This document shows, piece after piece, positions 25,701 through 39,900 of a stretch of 64,000 bases of DNA; position 1 is the first letter of the stretch, and the number at the start of each line of letters is the position of its first letter. The DNA lies in assembly GCF_009914755.1 (NCBI RefSeq), contig NC_060938.1, one strand, 5' to 3'. The DNA is from the human T2T-CHM13v2.0 reference genome, Homo sapiens. The notes beneath the pieces were generated by a model. That model searched no databases, was not told the DNA's origin, and was given only the letters and a program-made list of their open reading frames with translations. The translations under genes and the position numbers were made by a program.

Positions 25701-27499
25701 TGGAGTGGATTCCAGTGTACTGGAGTGGGATGCAGAGAAGTGGAATGGAGTGTAGTGGATTGGAGTTGAAGAGAATGGAATGGAATGGAAAGGAATGGAA
25801 TGAAATGGAATGGAATGGAATTGTGAAATGAAATGTGAGCTAAGATTGTGCCACTGCACTCCAGTTTGAGTGACAGAGTGACATCCAGTGGAAATAAAAG
25901 AGTTGAATGGAATGGAGTAGAATGTAATGAAGTGGAGTGAAATGGAATGGAGTGATATGGAGTGGAGTGGAGTGGAATAGAATGGAGTGGAATTTAGTGG
26001 AGTGGAATCGAGTGGAATGGAAAGGAATGGAATGGAGATGAATGGAACAGAACGAAAGGAAATGGAATGGAACAGAATGGAATGGAGTGGAGTGGACTGG
26101 AGGGGATCAGAGTGGAATGGAGTGCAGTGGAGTGGAGAAGAGTGGAGTTGAGTGGAGTCGATTGGAGTGAGTTGGAGTGGAGTGGAGTGCTATGGAGTTG
26201 TATGGAATTGAGTGGCGTGGAATGGAATGGAATTGTACGGATTGGAATGGAATGGAATGGAATGGAATGGAACAGAATGGAACGGGGAGGAGTGGAGTGG
26301 AGTGGAGTTTAGCGGAGCTAATCGGAGTGCAGTGGAACGGAATGGAATGGAAATAAATTGAATGGAAAGGAGTGGGGTGGCATTGAATTGAATGCAATGG
26401 AGTGAAGTGGATTGGAATTCAGTGGAGTGAATCGGAGTTGCAGTGGAATGGAATGGAATGGAATGGAGTGTAGTGTAGTGGAATGGAGTGGAGTGAATCG
26501 GAGTTGCAGTGGAATGGAATGGAATGGAATGGAGTGGAGTGTAGTGGAATGGAGTGGAGTGGAGTGGATTCGAGTGGAGTGGAGTGTAATGGAGTGGAAT
26601 GGAATGCAGTGGAATGGAATGAAATTGAATGGAATGGAAAGGAATGGAATGGAAAGCAATGGAATGAAACAGAACAGAATGGAGTGGAGTGGAATGGATT
26701 TGAGTGGAGTGGATTGGAGTGCAGTGGAGTGGCATGGAATTGAATGGAATGGAAAGGAATGGAATGGAATGGAGTGGAGTGCAATGAAATGGAATGTAAT
26801 GGAGTGTAGTGGAGTGGAGATGAATGAAGTGGAATTTAGTAAAATGGAGTGGAGTGGAGTGGAATGGAATGGAGTGGAATAGAACGCAATGGAACAGAAT
26901 GGAAAGGAATGGAATGGAACAAATTGGAGTAGAGTGGAGTGGAGTGGAATGGAGTTGAGTGGAGTGGAGCGGAGTGGAGTGGAGGGGAGTGGAATGGAAT
27001 AAAGTGGAATGGAATAAAGTGGAGCGGAAGGGAATGGAATGGAATGGAAAGGAACAGAATGGAATGTAACAGAACGGAACTGAGTAGAGTGGAGTGGAGT
27101 TGAGTGGAGTGGAATGTAATTGAATCTAGTGGAATGCAATGGAATGGAGTGGAATGAAATGGAATGGTGTGGAATGGAATGCAATGGAGTGGTGTGGAAT
27201 GGAAAGGAATTTAGTGCAATGGAATGGAAAGGAGTGGAATGAAATGGAATGGAATGGAATGGAATGGAGTGGAGCGGAGTGGAGTGCAGTTGAGTGGAGT
27301 GGATTGGAGGACAGTGGAATGGAACAAAATGGAATGGAATAGAATGGAGTGCAGTCAAATGGAATGGAATGCAGTGGAGTTGAATGGCATGGAGTGGATT
27401 GGAAAAGAATGGAATGGAATGGAATGGAATGGAGTTAAGTGGAGTGGAGTGGAATGGAGTTAAGTTGAGTGGAGTGGAATGGAGTGGAATGCAATGGAG

Positions 27500-30400
27500 T
27501 GGAATGGAATGGAGTGGAACATAATGGAACGGAAGGGAACAGAACGGAGTGGAAAGGACATGAATGGAGTGGAGTGGAGTTCATTGGAGTGGATCAGAGT
27601 GCAGTGGAATGGAATTGATTATAGTGGAATGGAGTGGAGTGGAGTGGAGTGGAATGGAGTGGAATGCAGTGGAGTGGCATGGAATGGAATTAATTGGAAC
27701 AGAATGGAATGCAATGGAATGGAATGGAAGGGAACAGAGTGGAGTGGAGTTGAGTGCAGTGGATTTGAGTGCAGAGGAATTAAATGGAATGGAGTGGAGT
27801 GGAATGGAGTTGAGGGCAGTGGATCTGAGTGCAGTGGAATGAAATGGAATGGAATGGAATGGAAAGGAGTGGAGAGGAATTGAATGGAAAGGAATGGAGT
27901 TGAGAGGGGTGGTGTGGAATGAAATGGATTGTAATGGAGTGAAATGGAGTGGAATGGAATGGAGAGGAGAGGAATGGAATGGAGTGGAATGGAATGGAAA
28001 GGAAGAGAATGGAACGGGACGGAATGGAACAGAGTTGAGGAGAGTCGAGTGGAATGGAAAGCAGTGGAGTGGAGTGGAGTGGAGTAGAATGGAATGGAGT
28101 GGAATGGAATGCCATGGAGTGGAATAGAATGGAATGGAACGGAATGGAATGGAATGGAATGAAACAAAATGGAACAGAACAGAATGGAGTGTTATGGAGT
28201 GGAATGGAATGGAGTTGTATGGAGTTAATCGGAGTGCAGTGGGATGGAATGGCATGGAATTGAATGGCATGGAATGGAATGGAATGGAATAGAGTGGAGT
28301 GAAGAGGAAGGGAATAGATCAGAATGGTATGTAATGGAATGGAATAGAGTGGAGTGGAGTGGAGTGGAATGGAATGGAATAGAGTGGAGTAGAGTACAGT
28401 GGAATGGAATGGATTGGAGTGGAATGGAATGGAATAGAGTGGAGTGGAGTGCAGTGGAATGGAATGGACTGGAGTGGAATAGAATGTAACGGAGTGGAGT
28501 GGAGTAGAATGGAGTAGAGTGGAGTGTAATGGAATGGAATGGAATGGAATAGGTGGGAGTAGAATGAAATGGAATGGAGTGGAGTAGAGTGGAGTGGAGT
28601 GGAATGGAGTGGAATGGAGAGGAATGGAATTTAGTGGAAATGAATGGAATGGAGTGGTATGAAATGGAGTGAAGTTCAGTGGAGTGGAGTGGAGTGAAGT
28701 GGAGTGGAGTGAAGTGGAGTGGAGTGGAGTCGAATGGAGTTTAGTGGAATGGAATGGAGTGGAATGGAATGGAATGGAGTGGAAGGGAGTAGAATGGAGT
28801 GGAGTGGAGTTTAATGGAATAGAATTGTGTAGAATGGAATGGAGTGGAATGGAAGGTAGTTAAGATGAGTGGAGAGGAATGGAGTGGAATGGAGCGTAAT
28901 ATAGTGCAGTGGAATGGAATGGAGTGGAACTTAATGGAATGGAAGGGAACAGAGCAGAGTGGAACGGACGTGAATGAAGTGGAGTGGAGTTGATTGGAGT
29001 GGATCAGAGTGCAGTGGAATGGAATTGATTAGAGTGGAATGGAGTGGAGTGGAATGGAATGCAGTGGAATGCAGTGGAGTGGAATGGAATGGAATTAATT
29101 GGAATGCCATGGAATGGAATGGAATGGAATGGAAAGTGATGGAACAGAGTGGAGTGGAGTGGAGTGGGGTGGAGTTGAGTGCAGAGGATCTGAGTGCAGT
29201 GGAATGGAATGGAATAGAAGGGAAAGGAGTGGACAGGAATTGAATGGAAAGGAGTGCAGTTGAGTGCAGTGCTGTGGAGTGAAATGGATTGTAATGGAGT
29301 GAAATGGAGTGGAGTGGAATGGAGAGGAGAGGAATGGAATGGAGTGGAAAGGAATGGAAAGGAAGAGAATGGAACACGACGGAATGGAACAGAGTTGAGG
29401 GGAGTCGAGTGGAATGGAAAGCAGGGGAGTGGAATGGAAAGCAATGGAGTGGAATGGGGTGGAGTACAATGGAATGGAGTGGAATGGAAGGCAGTGGAGT
29501 GGAAAATAATGGATTGGAATGAAATGGAATGGAATGGAATGGAATGGAAGAGAATGGAACGGAACAGAACGGAGTGTTGTGGAGTGGAATGGAATGGAGT
29601 TGTGTGGAGTTAATCGGAGTGCAGTGGAATGGAATGGAATGGAATGCCACGGCATGAAATGGAATGGAATGGAGTGGAGTGAAGTGGAATGGAATGGAAC
29701 AAAATGGTATGGAATGGAATGGCATGGCATGGAATGGAATGGAATGTAGTGGAGTGAAGTGGAATGGAATGGAACAGAATGGTATGTAATGGAATGGAAT
29801 GGAGTGGAGTGGAGTGAAATGGAATGGAATAGAGTGGAGTGGAGTGCAGTGGAATGGAATGGATTGGAGTGGAATGGAATGGAATGGAGTAGAGTGGAGT
29901 GGAGTAGAATGGATTAGAGTGGAGTGTAATGGAATGGAGTGGAATGGAACAGAGGGTAGTGGAATGAAATGGAATGGAGTGGAGTAGAGTGGAGTGGAGT
30001 GGAATGGAGTGGAATGGAGAGGAATGGAATGGAGTGGAAATTAATGGAATGGGGTGATATGGAATGGAGTGAAGTTCAGTGGAGTGGAGTGGAGAGAAGT
30101 GGAGTGGAGTGGAGTCGAATGGAGTTTAGTGGAATGGAATGGAGTGGAATGGAATGGAAAGGAGTGGAGTAGAATGGAGTGGAGTGGAGTTTAATGGAAT
30201 GGAATTGAATAGAATGGAGTGGAGTGGAATGGAATGGAGTTAAGATGAGTGGAGTGGAATGGAGTGGAATGGAGTGTAATACAGTGTAGTGGAATGGAGT
30301 GGAGTGGAACTTAATGGAACAAAAGGGAACAGAACGGAGTGGAACGGACGTGAATGAAGTGGAGTGGAGTTGATTGGAGTGGATCAGAGTGCAGTGGAAT

Positions 30401-31500
30401 GGAAGTGATTGGAGTGGAATGGAGTGGAGTGGAATGGAATGCAGTGGAATGCAGTGGAGTGGAATGGAATGGAATTAATTGGAATGGAATGGAATGGAAT
30501 GGAATGGAATGGAATGGAACGGAATGGAATGGAACGGAACAGAGTGGAGTGGAGTGGAGTGGGGTGGAGTTGAATGCAGTGGATCTGAGTACAGTGGAAT
30601 GGAATGGAATGGAATGGAAAGGAGTGGAGAGGAATTGAATGGAAAGGAGTGCAGTTGAGTGCAGTGCTGTGGAGTGAAATGGATTGTAATGGAGTGAAAT
30701 GGAGTGGAGTGGAATGGAGAGGAGAGGAATGGAATGGAGTGGAAAGGAATGGAAAGGAAGAGAATGGAACAGGACGGAATGGAACAGAGTTGAGGGGAGT
30801 CGAGTGGAATGGGAAGCAGGGGAGGGGAATGGAAATCACTGGAGTGGAGTGGAGTGGAGTAGAATGGAATGGAGTGGAATGGAAGGCAGTGGAGTGGAAA
30901 AGAATGGAATGGAATGGAATGGAATGGAATGGAATGGAATTGAAAGGAATAGAGTGGAACAGAACAGAACGGAGTGTTGTGGAATGGACTGGAATGGAGT
31001 TGTGTGGAGTTAATCAGATTGCAGTGGAATGGAATGGAATGGAATGGCATGGCATGAAATGGAATGGAATGGAGTGGAGTGAAGTGGAATGGAATGGAAC
31101 AGAATGGTATGGAATGGAATGGCATGGCATGGAATGGAATGGAATGTAGTGGAGTGAAGTGGAATGGAATGGAACAGAATGGTATATAATGGAATGGAAT
31201 GGAGTGGAGTGGAGTGGAATGGAATGGAATAGAGTGGAGAGGAGTGCAGTGGAATGGAATGGATCAGAGTGGAATGGAATGGAATGGAGTAGAGTGCAGT
31301 GGAGTAGAATGGATTAGAGTGGAGTGTAATGGAATGGAGTGGAATGGAACAGAGGGTAGTGGAATGAAATGAAATGGAGTGGAGTAGAGCGGAGTGGAGT
31401 GGAATGGAGTGGAATGGAGAGGAATGGAATGGAGTGGAAATGAATGGAATGTAGTGGTATGGAATGGAGTGGAGTTCAGTGGAGTGGAGTGGAGTGGAAT
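27500..31500 (+). repeat. ~1.38-kb tandem triplication within HSat3
   Basis: Rare markers recur with 1.36-1.40 kb spacing: GGAATTAATTGGAA (~27687, 29091, 30471), GGAAGAGAATGGAAC (28001, 29361, 30756), TTAAGATGAGT (28860, 30240), GGAACTTAATGGAA (28926, 30306). Boundaries are approximate. Confidence 0.85.
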
Positions 31501-34500
31501 GGAATGGAGTGGAATGGAGTGGAATGAAGTGGAGTGGAATGGAATGGAGTGGAATGGAATGGAACGGAACGGAATGGAACGGAGCGGAGTGGGGTGGAGT
31601 GGAGTTAAGTGCAGTGGATCAAAGTGTAGTGGAAGGGAATGCAATGGAGTGGAGTGGAGTGGACTGGAGTGGAGTGGAATGGAATGGAATGGAATGGAAT
31701 GGAATGGAGTTAAATGGAACCGAAAGGAATGGAATGGAATGGAACGGAACAAAACCGAGAGGAGTGGAGTGGAGTGGAGTTGAGTGCAGTGGATCAGAGA
31801 GCAGTGGAATGGAATGGAATGGAATGGAATGGAAGGGAATGGAAAGGAATGGAGTGGAGTGGAATGGAACAGAATGGAGTGGAGTGGAGTGGAGTGATGT
31901 GGCGTTGAATGCAGTGAAATGTAGTGAAATGGACTGGAGTTGAATGGAGTGGAGTAGAGTGGAAGGGAATGGAGTGTAATGGAATGGAATGGAACAGAAC
32001 GGAATGGAATGGAATGGAACAGAACAGAACGGGGTGGAGTGGACTGGAATGGAGTTGAGTGCAGTGGATCGGAGTTCATTGAAATGGAATGGAATGGAGT
32101 GGAGTGGAGTAGAATGGAATGGAACGTAATGGAATGGAATGCAGTGGACTAGAGTGGAGTGTGGTGGAGTTGAGCGGAATGGTGTGGAATGGAATGGATT
32201 GGAATAAAATGGAATGGAGTGGAGTGCAGTGGAGTGGTGTGGAGTGGAATTGAGTGGAATGGAGTGAAATGGAGTGGAGTGAAATGGAATGGAATGGAGT
32301 GTAGTGTAGTAGAATGGAGTGGAGTGGAGTGGAACGGAATGGAGTGGAATATAATGGACTGGAGAGGAATGGAATGGAGTGGAGTTGAGGGGAGTGGAAT
32401 GGAGTGGAATGGAATGGATTGCAGTGGAAGGGAATGGATTGGAGTGGAATGGAACGGAACGGAAAGGAATAGAAAAAAGGGGAACGGACTGGAATGGAGT
32501 GGAGTGGAGTTGAGTGGAGTGGATTGGAGTGCAGTGGAATGGAATGGATTGGAGTTTAATGGAGAGGAGGGAGTGGAGTGGAGTGGAATGGAGTGTAATG
32601 GAGGGGAATGGAACGGAATGGAACAGAAAAGAATGGAACAGAGTGGGGTGGTGTGGAGTGGAGTTGAGTGGAGTGGAACGAAGGGCAGTGGCATGGAATG
32701 GAATGGAATGGAGTGGAGTATAGTGGAGTGTGGTGGAGTGGAGTGGAATGGTGTGGAATGGAATGTGTTGGAGTGGAATGGAATGGAATGGAATGGAATG
32801 CAATGGAATTGAAGGGAACGGAATGGAGTGGAGTAGAGTGTAGTGGAGTGGAGTTGAGTCAAGTGGATTGGAATGCAGTGGAATGGAATGGAATGGAATG
32901 GAGTGGAATGGAATGAAATGGAGTGGAATGGAATGGAATGGAATGGAGTGGAATGGAATGGAATGAAGTGGAATGGAATGGAATGGAATGGAGTGGAGAG
33001 GAGTGGAGTGCAGTGGAATGGAGTGGAGTGGAATGGAATGGATTGGAGTGGAATGAAATGGAATGGAATGGAGTGGATTGTAGTGGAAAGGAATGGAGTG
33101 GACTACAGTGTAATGAAGGATAGTGGAGTGGAATGGAACAGAGTGGAATGGAATGGAGTGGATGGGACTGGAATTCAGTGGAGTGCAGTGGAGTAGAGTG
33201 GAGTGGAGTGGAGTGGAATGGAATGGAATGGAGTGGAATAGAAAGCAATAGAGTGGAATGGTGACATGAAATGTGAGCTAAGATTGTGCCACTGCACTCA
33301 AGTCTGGGTGAGAGAGTGAGATACAGTCGAAATTAAAGGAAGGAAAGGAATGGATTAAAATGTAATGGAATGCAGTGGAGTGGAATGAAATGGAGTGGAA
33401 TGGAGTTTTGGGGAGTGGAATTTAGTGGAGTGGAATGGAACGGAATGGAGAGGAATGGAATGGAATGGAGTGAAATGAAGAGGAATGGAGTGAAATGGAG
33501 TGGAGTGGAATGGAGTGCAGTGGAATGGGATGGAATGGAGTGGAATGGAATGGAAAGCAATGGAGCGGATAGGCTTGGAATGGAGTGGAATAGAGTGGAG
33601 AGAGGTGGCGTGGAGTGGAGTGGAGTGAAGTGGAGTGGAGTGGAATGGAGTGGAATGGAACGGTACAGAATGGAATGGAATAGAACAGAATGGAGTGGAG
33701 TGGAGTGGATTGGAGTGGAATGGAATGGATCGGGGTGCAGTGGAATGGAATGGAATGGAGAGGAATGGGTTGTAGTGCAGTGGAGTGGTATGGAGTGGAA
33801 TGGAGTGGAATGGATTGGAGTGGAAAATAATGTAATGGAATGGAACAGAATGGAGAGGAATGGAATGGAATGGAACGGTATGTAACGGAGTGCAATGGAT
33901 TGGAGTGGAGTGGACTTGAGAGCAGTGGAACAGAGTGCAGTGGAATGCAATGGAATGCAATGCAATGGAATGGAATGGAAAGGAGTGCAGTTGAACGGAA
34001 TAGAATGGAATGGAGTGGAGTGGAATGGTGTGGATTGGAATAGAGTGCAATGGTGTGAAAAGGAGTGGAGTGGAATGGAGTGGAGTGGAATTGAATGGAG
34101 TGGAATCAAATGGAATAAAACAGAATGTAATGGAATTGAATGGAACAGAGTGGAGTGGAGTAGAATAGAGTGGAACGGAATGGAACAAAATGTAATGGAA
34201 TTGAAAGGAACAGAGTGGAGTGGAGTGGAATGGAGTGGAACGGAATGGAGTGGAATGGAATGGAATGGAATGGAACGGAATGGAATGGAATGGAAAGGAA
34301 CGGAATGGAATGGAATGGAATGGAATGGAATGGAATGGAATGGAAAGGAACGGAATGCAATGGAGGGGAACGGAGTGGAGTGGAATGGAGCTGAGTCGAG
34401 TACAGTGCAACGGAGTACAGTGAAATGGAATGGAATGGAATGGAATGGAATGGAATGGAATGGAATGGAATGAAGAAGAGTGGAGTGGAATGAAATGGAA

Positions 34501-36390
34501 CAGAATGGTATTAAATGGAGTGGAGTGGAATTGAATGGAGTGGAGGGGAATGGAATGGAAAGGAGTGAAGTGGAATGGAATAGAGTGGAGTGAAATGGAA
34601 TGGAGTGGAGTTTAGTGGTATGGAGAGGAGTTGAGTGGAATGGAGTGGAGTGGAGTGGAATGGAGTGAGGTGGAGTGGAATGGAATGAGGTGGCGGGGAA
34701 TGGAACAGTGGGGTGGAGTGGAGTGGAGTGAAATGGAATGGAATGAAATGGAATGTGTAAATGAAATGTAAGCTAAGATAGTGCAACTGCACTCCTGTCT
34801 GGGTGAAAGAGGGAGAACCAGTCGAAATAAAGGAATGGAATGGAATGGAGTGGAATGAAATGGAAAGGAGCAGAGAGGAATAGAATGGAGTGGAATGGTG
34901 TGGAGTGGAGTGGAATGGAGTGGAGTGGAATCGAGACGAGTGGAATGGAGTGGAATGGAGTGGCATGGAATGGAATGGAATGAAGTGGAAAGGAGTGAAA
35001 TGGAGTGGAATGGAACAGTACGGAATGGAACACAACAGAACTGAGTGGAACAGAGTAGAGTGGAGTGCAGTGGATTTGTTTGGAGTGCATCGAAGTGCAA
35101 GGAATGGAATGCAATGTAATGGAATGGAGTGGAGTGGAATAGAGTAGAGTGGAATGGAGTGGAGTGGAATGGAGTGGAGTGGAATGGAATGGTGTGGAAT
35201 GGAACAGAATGGAACAGAGCACAATGGAAAGAAATGGAACGAAGCAGAGTAGAGTGGAGTGTAGAAGACTGGAATGGAGTGGCGTGGAGTGGAGCGGTGT
35301 GGAGTGGACTGGACTGGACTGGAATAGAATGGAATGCAACGGAATGGAAAGGAATTGAAAGTAATGGAATGGAACAGAACGGAATGGAGTGGAGTGGACA
35401 GGAGTGGAGTGGAGTTGAGTTGAGTGGATCAGAGTGTAATGGAATGGAGTGGCGTGGAATGGAATGGAGTGGGGTGAAGTGGAATGGAATGGAATGGAAT
35501 GGAGTCTAGTGGAACAGAAAGTAAAGGAATGGAATGGAATGGAATGCAACGGAATGGAATTGCAGGAAACAGACGGAGTGGAGTGGAGTTGAGTGGATTG
35601 GATGGGAGTGCAGTGGAATGGAATGGAATGTAGTGGAATGGAAAGGAATGCAATGGAATGCAATGGAATGGAAGGGAGAGGAGTGGATTGGAATGGAATG
35701 GAGTTTAAAGGAGTGGAGTGGATTGGAGTGGAGTGGAATGGAATGGAATGGAGAGGAGTGGAGTGGAATGGAGTGGAGTGGAATGGAATGGAGTGGAGAG
35801 GAGTGGAGTGGAATGGAGTGGAATGGAATGGAGCAGAGTGGAGTGGAATGGAATGGAGTGGCATGGAATGGAATGGAGTGGAACGCAGTGGAGTGGAGTG
35901 GAATGGAGGGGAGTGGAATGGAGAGGGGTGGAGTGGAATGGAGCAGAACACAATGGAATAGAATGGAGTGGAATTGAATGGAATGGAGTGGAAAGGTACT
36001 GAGTGGAGTGAAGTGGAGAGGATTGGAGTTGAATGGAGTGGAATGGAGTGAAATTGATTGGAGTGGAATGGAGTGTAGTGGAATGGAATGGAGTGGAATG
36101 GAACGGAACAGAATGGAATGTGATGGAACAGAATAGAACGGAGTGAATTGGAGTGGAGTGGTGTGGAATGGAGTGCAATGAAGTTGAATGGAAAGGAGTG
36201 TCATGGAATGGAATGGAATGGAACTGACTGGAATGGAATGGAGTGGAATGGAATGGAACGGAAAGGAACGGAGTGGAGTGGAGTGGAGTGGAATTGAGTG
36301 GAGTGGATCAGAGTGCAGTGGAATTGAATGGAATGGAATGGAATGGAATTGAGTGGTGTGACATGGAATGGAATGAAATGGAGTGGAGTG

Positions 36391-36910
36391 GAGTAGAGCG
36401 GAGTTGAGTGGAGCGGATCGGAGTGCAGTGAAATGGAATGGAATGCAATGGAATGGAACGGAGTGTGTTGGAATGGAATAGAATGTAATGGAATGGAGAG
36501 GACTGGACTGGAGTGGAGTGGAGCGGAGTGGAATGGAATGGAATGTAATAGAATGGAATGGAGTGGAGTGGAATGGAATTGAGTGGAATGGAGTGGTGTG
36601 GAGTGGAATCGAGTGGAATGGAATGGAATGGAGTGGAGTGGAATGGAATGGAGTAGAGCGGAGTTGAGTGGAGCGGATCGGAGTGCAGTGAAATGGAATG
36701 GAATGCAATGGAATGGAACAGAGTGGGTTGGAATGGAATAGAATGTAATGGAATGGAGAGGACTGGACTGGAATGGAGTGGAGCGGAGTGGAATGGAATG
36801 GAATGTAATAGAATGGAATGGAGTGGAGTGGAATGGAATTAAATGGAATGGAGTGGTGTGGAGTGGAATCGAGTGGAATGAAATGGAATGGAGTGGAGTG
36901 GAATGGAATG
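36391..36910 (+). repeat. 260-bp tandem duplication
   Basis: GAGTAGAGCGGAGTTGAGTGGAGCGGATCGGAGTGCAGTGAAATGG at 36391 and 36651, with downstream markers in register. Confidence 0.88.
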
Positions 36911-39900
36911 GAATAGAGAGAATGGAATGGAATGGAATGGAGTTAAATGGAATGGAGTGGAGAGAATTGGAGTGGAGAGGAGTGGAATAGAGTGGAGTGG
37001 AGTGGAATGGAATGGGGTGGGGTGGAATGAAGTGGAGTGGAATGGAATGGAATGTAGGAGAGAAATGGAATGGATTGGGGTGGAGTAGAATGGAATGGAG
37101 AGGAATTGAGTGGAAGGGAGTGAAGTGGAATGGAGTGGAGTGGAATGGAATGCAGTGGAAAGGAATGGAATAGAACAGAATGGAATGGAACGGAATGGAA
37201 TGGATTGGAGTGGAGTGGAGTGGAGTGGAGTGGATTGGAGTGGAATGGAGAAGGAAGGAATGGAGTGGAGTGGAATGGAATGTAATGGAACAGAACGAAA
37301 TGGAATGAAATGGAATGGCATGGAATGGAACGGAATAGAATGGAGTGGAGTGGAATGGAGTGGAGTTGAGTGCAGTGGATAGGAGTGTAGTGGAATGGAA
37401 TGGAATGGAATGGAATGGAGTGGAGTGGAATGGAATGGAATAGAACGGAATGGAATGGAATGGAGTGCAGTGGAGTGGAGTGGATTGGAGTGGAGTGGAT
37501 GGTGTGGAATGGAATGGAATTTGTTGGAATGGAATGGAATGGAGTGGAGTGGAATAGAATGGAACGGAATGGAATGGAATGGAATGGAGTGGAGTGGAAT
37601 AGAATGGAACGGAATGGAATGGAATGGAATGGAATGGAATGGAATGGAATGACGTGGAGTGGAACGGAATGGAGTGGAGTGGAACGGAATGCACTGGAGT
37701 GGAGTGGATTGGAATGGAATGGAGTGGAAAGGAATGGAATGGAATGGACAGGAATGCAGTGGAATGCAACGGAATGGAATGGAATGGAATGGAATGGAAT
37801 GGAATGGAATGGAATGGAATCAAATGGAATGTAATGGAAGGGAGTGGAGTGGAATGGAATGGAATGGAGTACAGTGTAGAGTAGTGTAGTGTAGTGGAAT
37901 GGAATGAAATGCAGTGGAGTACAATAGATTGTAGTGGAGTGGAATGCAATGGAATCCAGTTGAATGGAATGGAATGGAGTGGAATGAAATGGAAAGGAGT
38001 GAAATGGAATAGAATGGAGTGGTGTGGAATGGAATGGAATGGAGTGGTATGGAACAGAATGGAATGGTATTGGGGTGGAGTGGAGTGGATTGAAGTTGAG
38101 TGGAGTGGATCAGAGTGTAGTGGAATGGAATTGAATGGAATGGAATTCAATGAAATGGAATGCAATGGAATGGAATGAAACGGAATGCAACGGAGTGGAG
38201 TGAAGTGGAGTGGAGTTGATGGCAGTGGATCAGAGTGCAGTGGAATGGATTGGAACGGAATGGAATGGAATGGAGTGGAGTGGAATGGAATGGAATGAAG
38301 TGGAATGCAATGGAGTGGAGTGGAATGGAGTGGAGTGGAGTGAAATGGATGAAATGGAGTGGAGTGGCATGGAGTGGATTGGAATGGAAAGGAGTGGAAT
38401 GGAACGGAACCAAATGGAATAGATAGGAAAGGAACTGAATGGAACGAATTGGAGTAGAGTGGAGTGGAGTGAAGTGGAGTGGAATAGAGTGGAACAGAGT
38501 GGAGTGGAGTGGAGTGGAATGGACTGGAACAGAGTGGAGTGGAATGGAGTGGAGTGGAGTTTTGCGGAGTGGAGTGGAGTGAAGGGAATGGAGTTGAGTG
38601 GAATGGAGTTTAGTGGAATGGAATGGAATGGAATGGAATGGAACGAAGTGGAAAGGAATGGAAGGGAACGGAACTGAGTGGAGTGGAGTGGATTAGAATT
38701 GAGTGAAGTGTATCGGAGTGCAGGGGAATGGAATGGAATGGAATGGAATGGAACAGAACGGAACGGAATGGAATGGAATGGAATGAAATGGAACGGAAGG
38801 GAATGGAAAATAATGGAGTGGAGTGGAGTGGATTGTAGTGGAAAGGAATGGAGTGGAGTGGAATGTAATGGAATCTAGTGGCATGGAATAGAATGGAGTG
38901 GAATGAAACGGAATGGGGTGGAATGGAATGGAATGGAGTGGAACGGAGTGGAGTAGAATAGATTGGAGTGGAATGGAGTGCGGTGGACAAGAGTGGAATG
39001 GAGTGGAAAGAAATAGAATGGAATGGAGTGGAATGGAATGGAATGGAAAGGAATGGAGTGGATTGGAGTGGAATCGAGTGGAATGGAGTGAAATGGAGTG
39101 GAGTGGAATGGAATGGAGAGGAATGGAATGGAGTGGAGTGGAATGGAATGGAGTGAAATGGAACGGAATCAAATGGAATGGAAGTGAATGCAATGGAGTT
39201 GAGTGGAGTGGAGTTCAGTGGAATGGAGTGGAGTGGAGTGGAATAGAGTGGAGTGGAAAGAAGTGGAATGAAGGGGAATGGAAAGGAGTGGAGTGGAATG
39301 GAGTGGAAAGTATTGGAATGGGTTGGAAGGGAATGGAACGAAATGGACCAGATTGGAGTGGAGTGGAGGGTAGTGGTGTTGACTGGAGAGGAGTAGATTG
39401 GAATGGAATATAGTGGAGTGGAGTTGATTGGATTGCAATGGAGTGGAATGGAATGCATTGGAGTGGAGTGGAATGGAATGGAATAAAATGGAACGGAGTT
39501 GAGTGGAGTGGAGTTTATTGGAGCGGATCAGAATGCAGTGGAATGGAGTACAATTGAATGGAATGGAATGGAATGGATCAATGAAATGAAAAGTGAGCTA
39601 AGACTGTTTAACTGCACTCCTGTCTGTGTAGCAGAGAGAGATCCATTCGAAATAAAAGAATGGAATGGAATGGAGTAGAATATAATGGATTGAAGAGAAG
39701 TGGAATGGAATGGAGAGGAATGGATTGTTGTGGAGTGGAATGGAGTTGAGTGGAATGGAGTGGAGTGTAAAGGAGCGGAATGTTGTGGAATGGAATAGAA
39801 TGTAGTGGAATGCAATGGAATGGTATGAAGTGGAATGGAACGGAGTTGAAAGGAATGGAGTGCAGCGTAATGGAGTGGAGTGGATTGGAGTGGAATGGAG

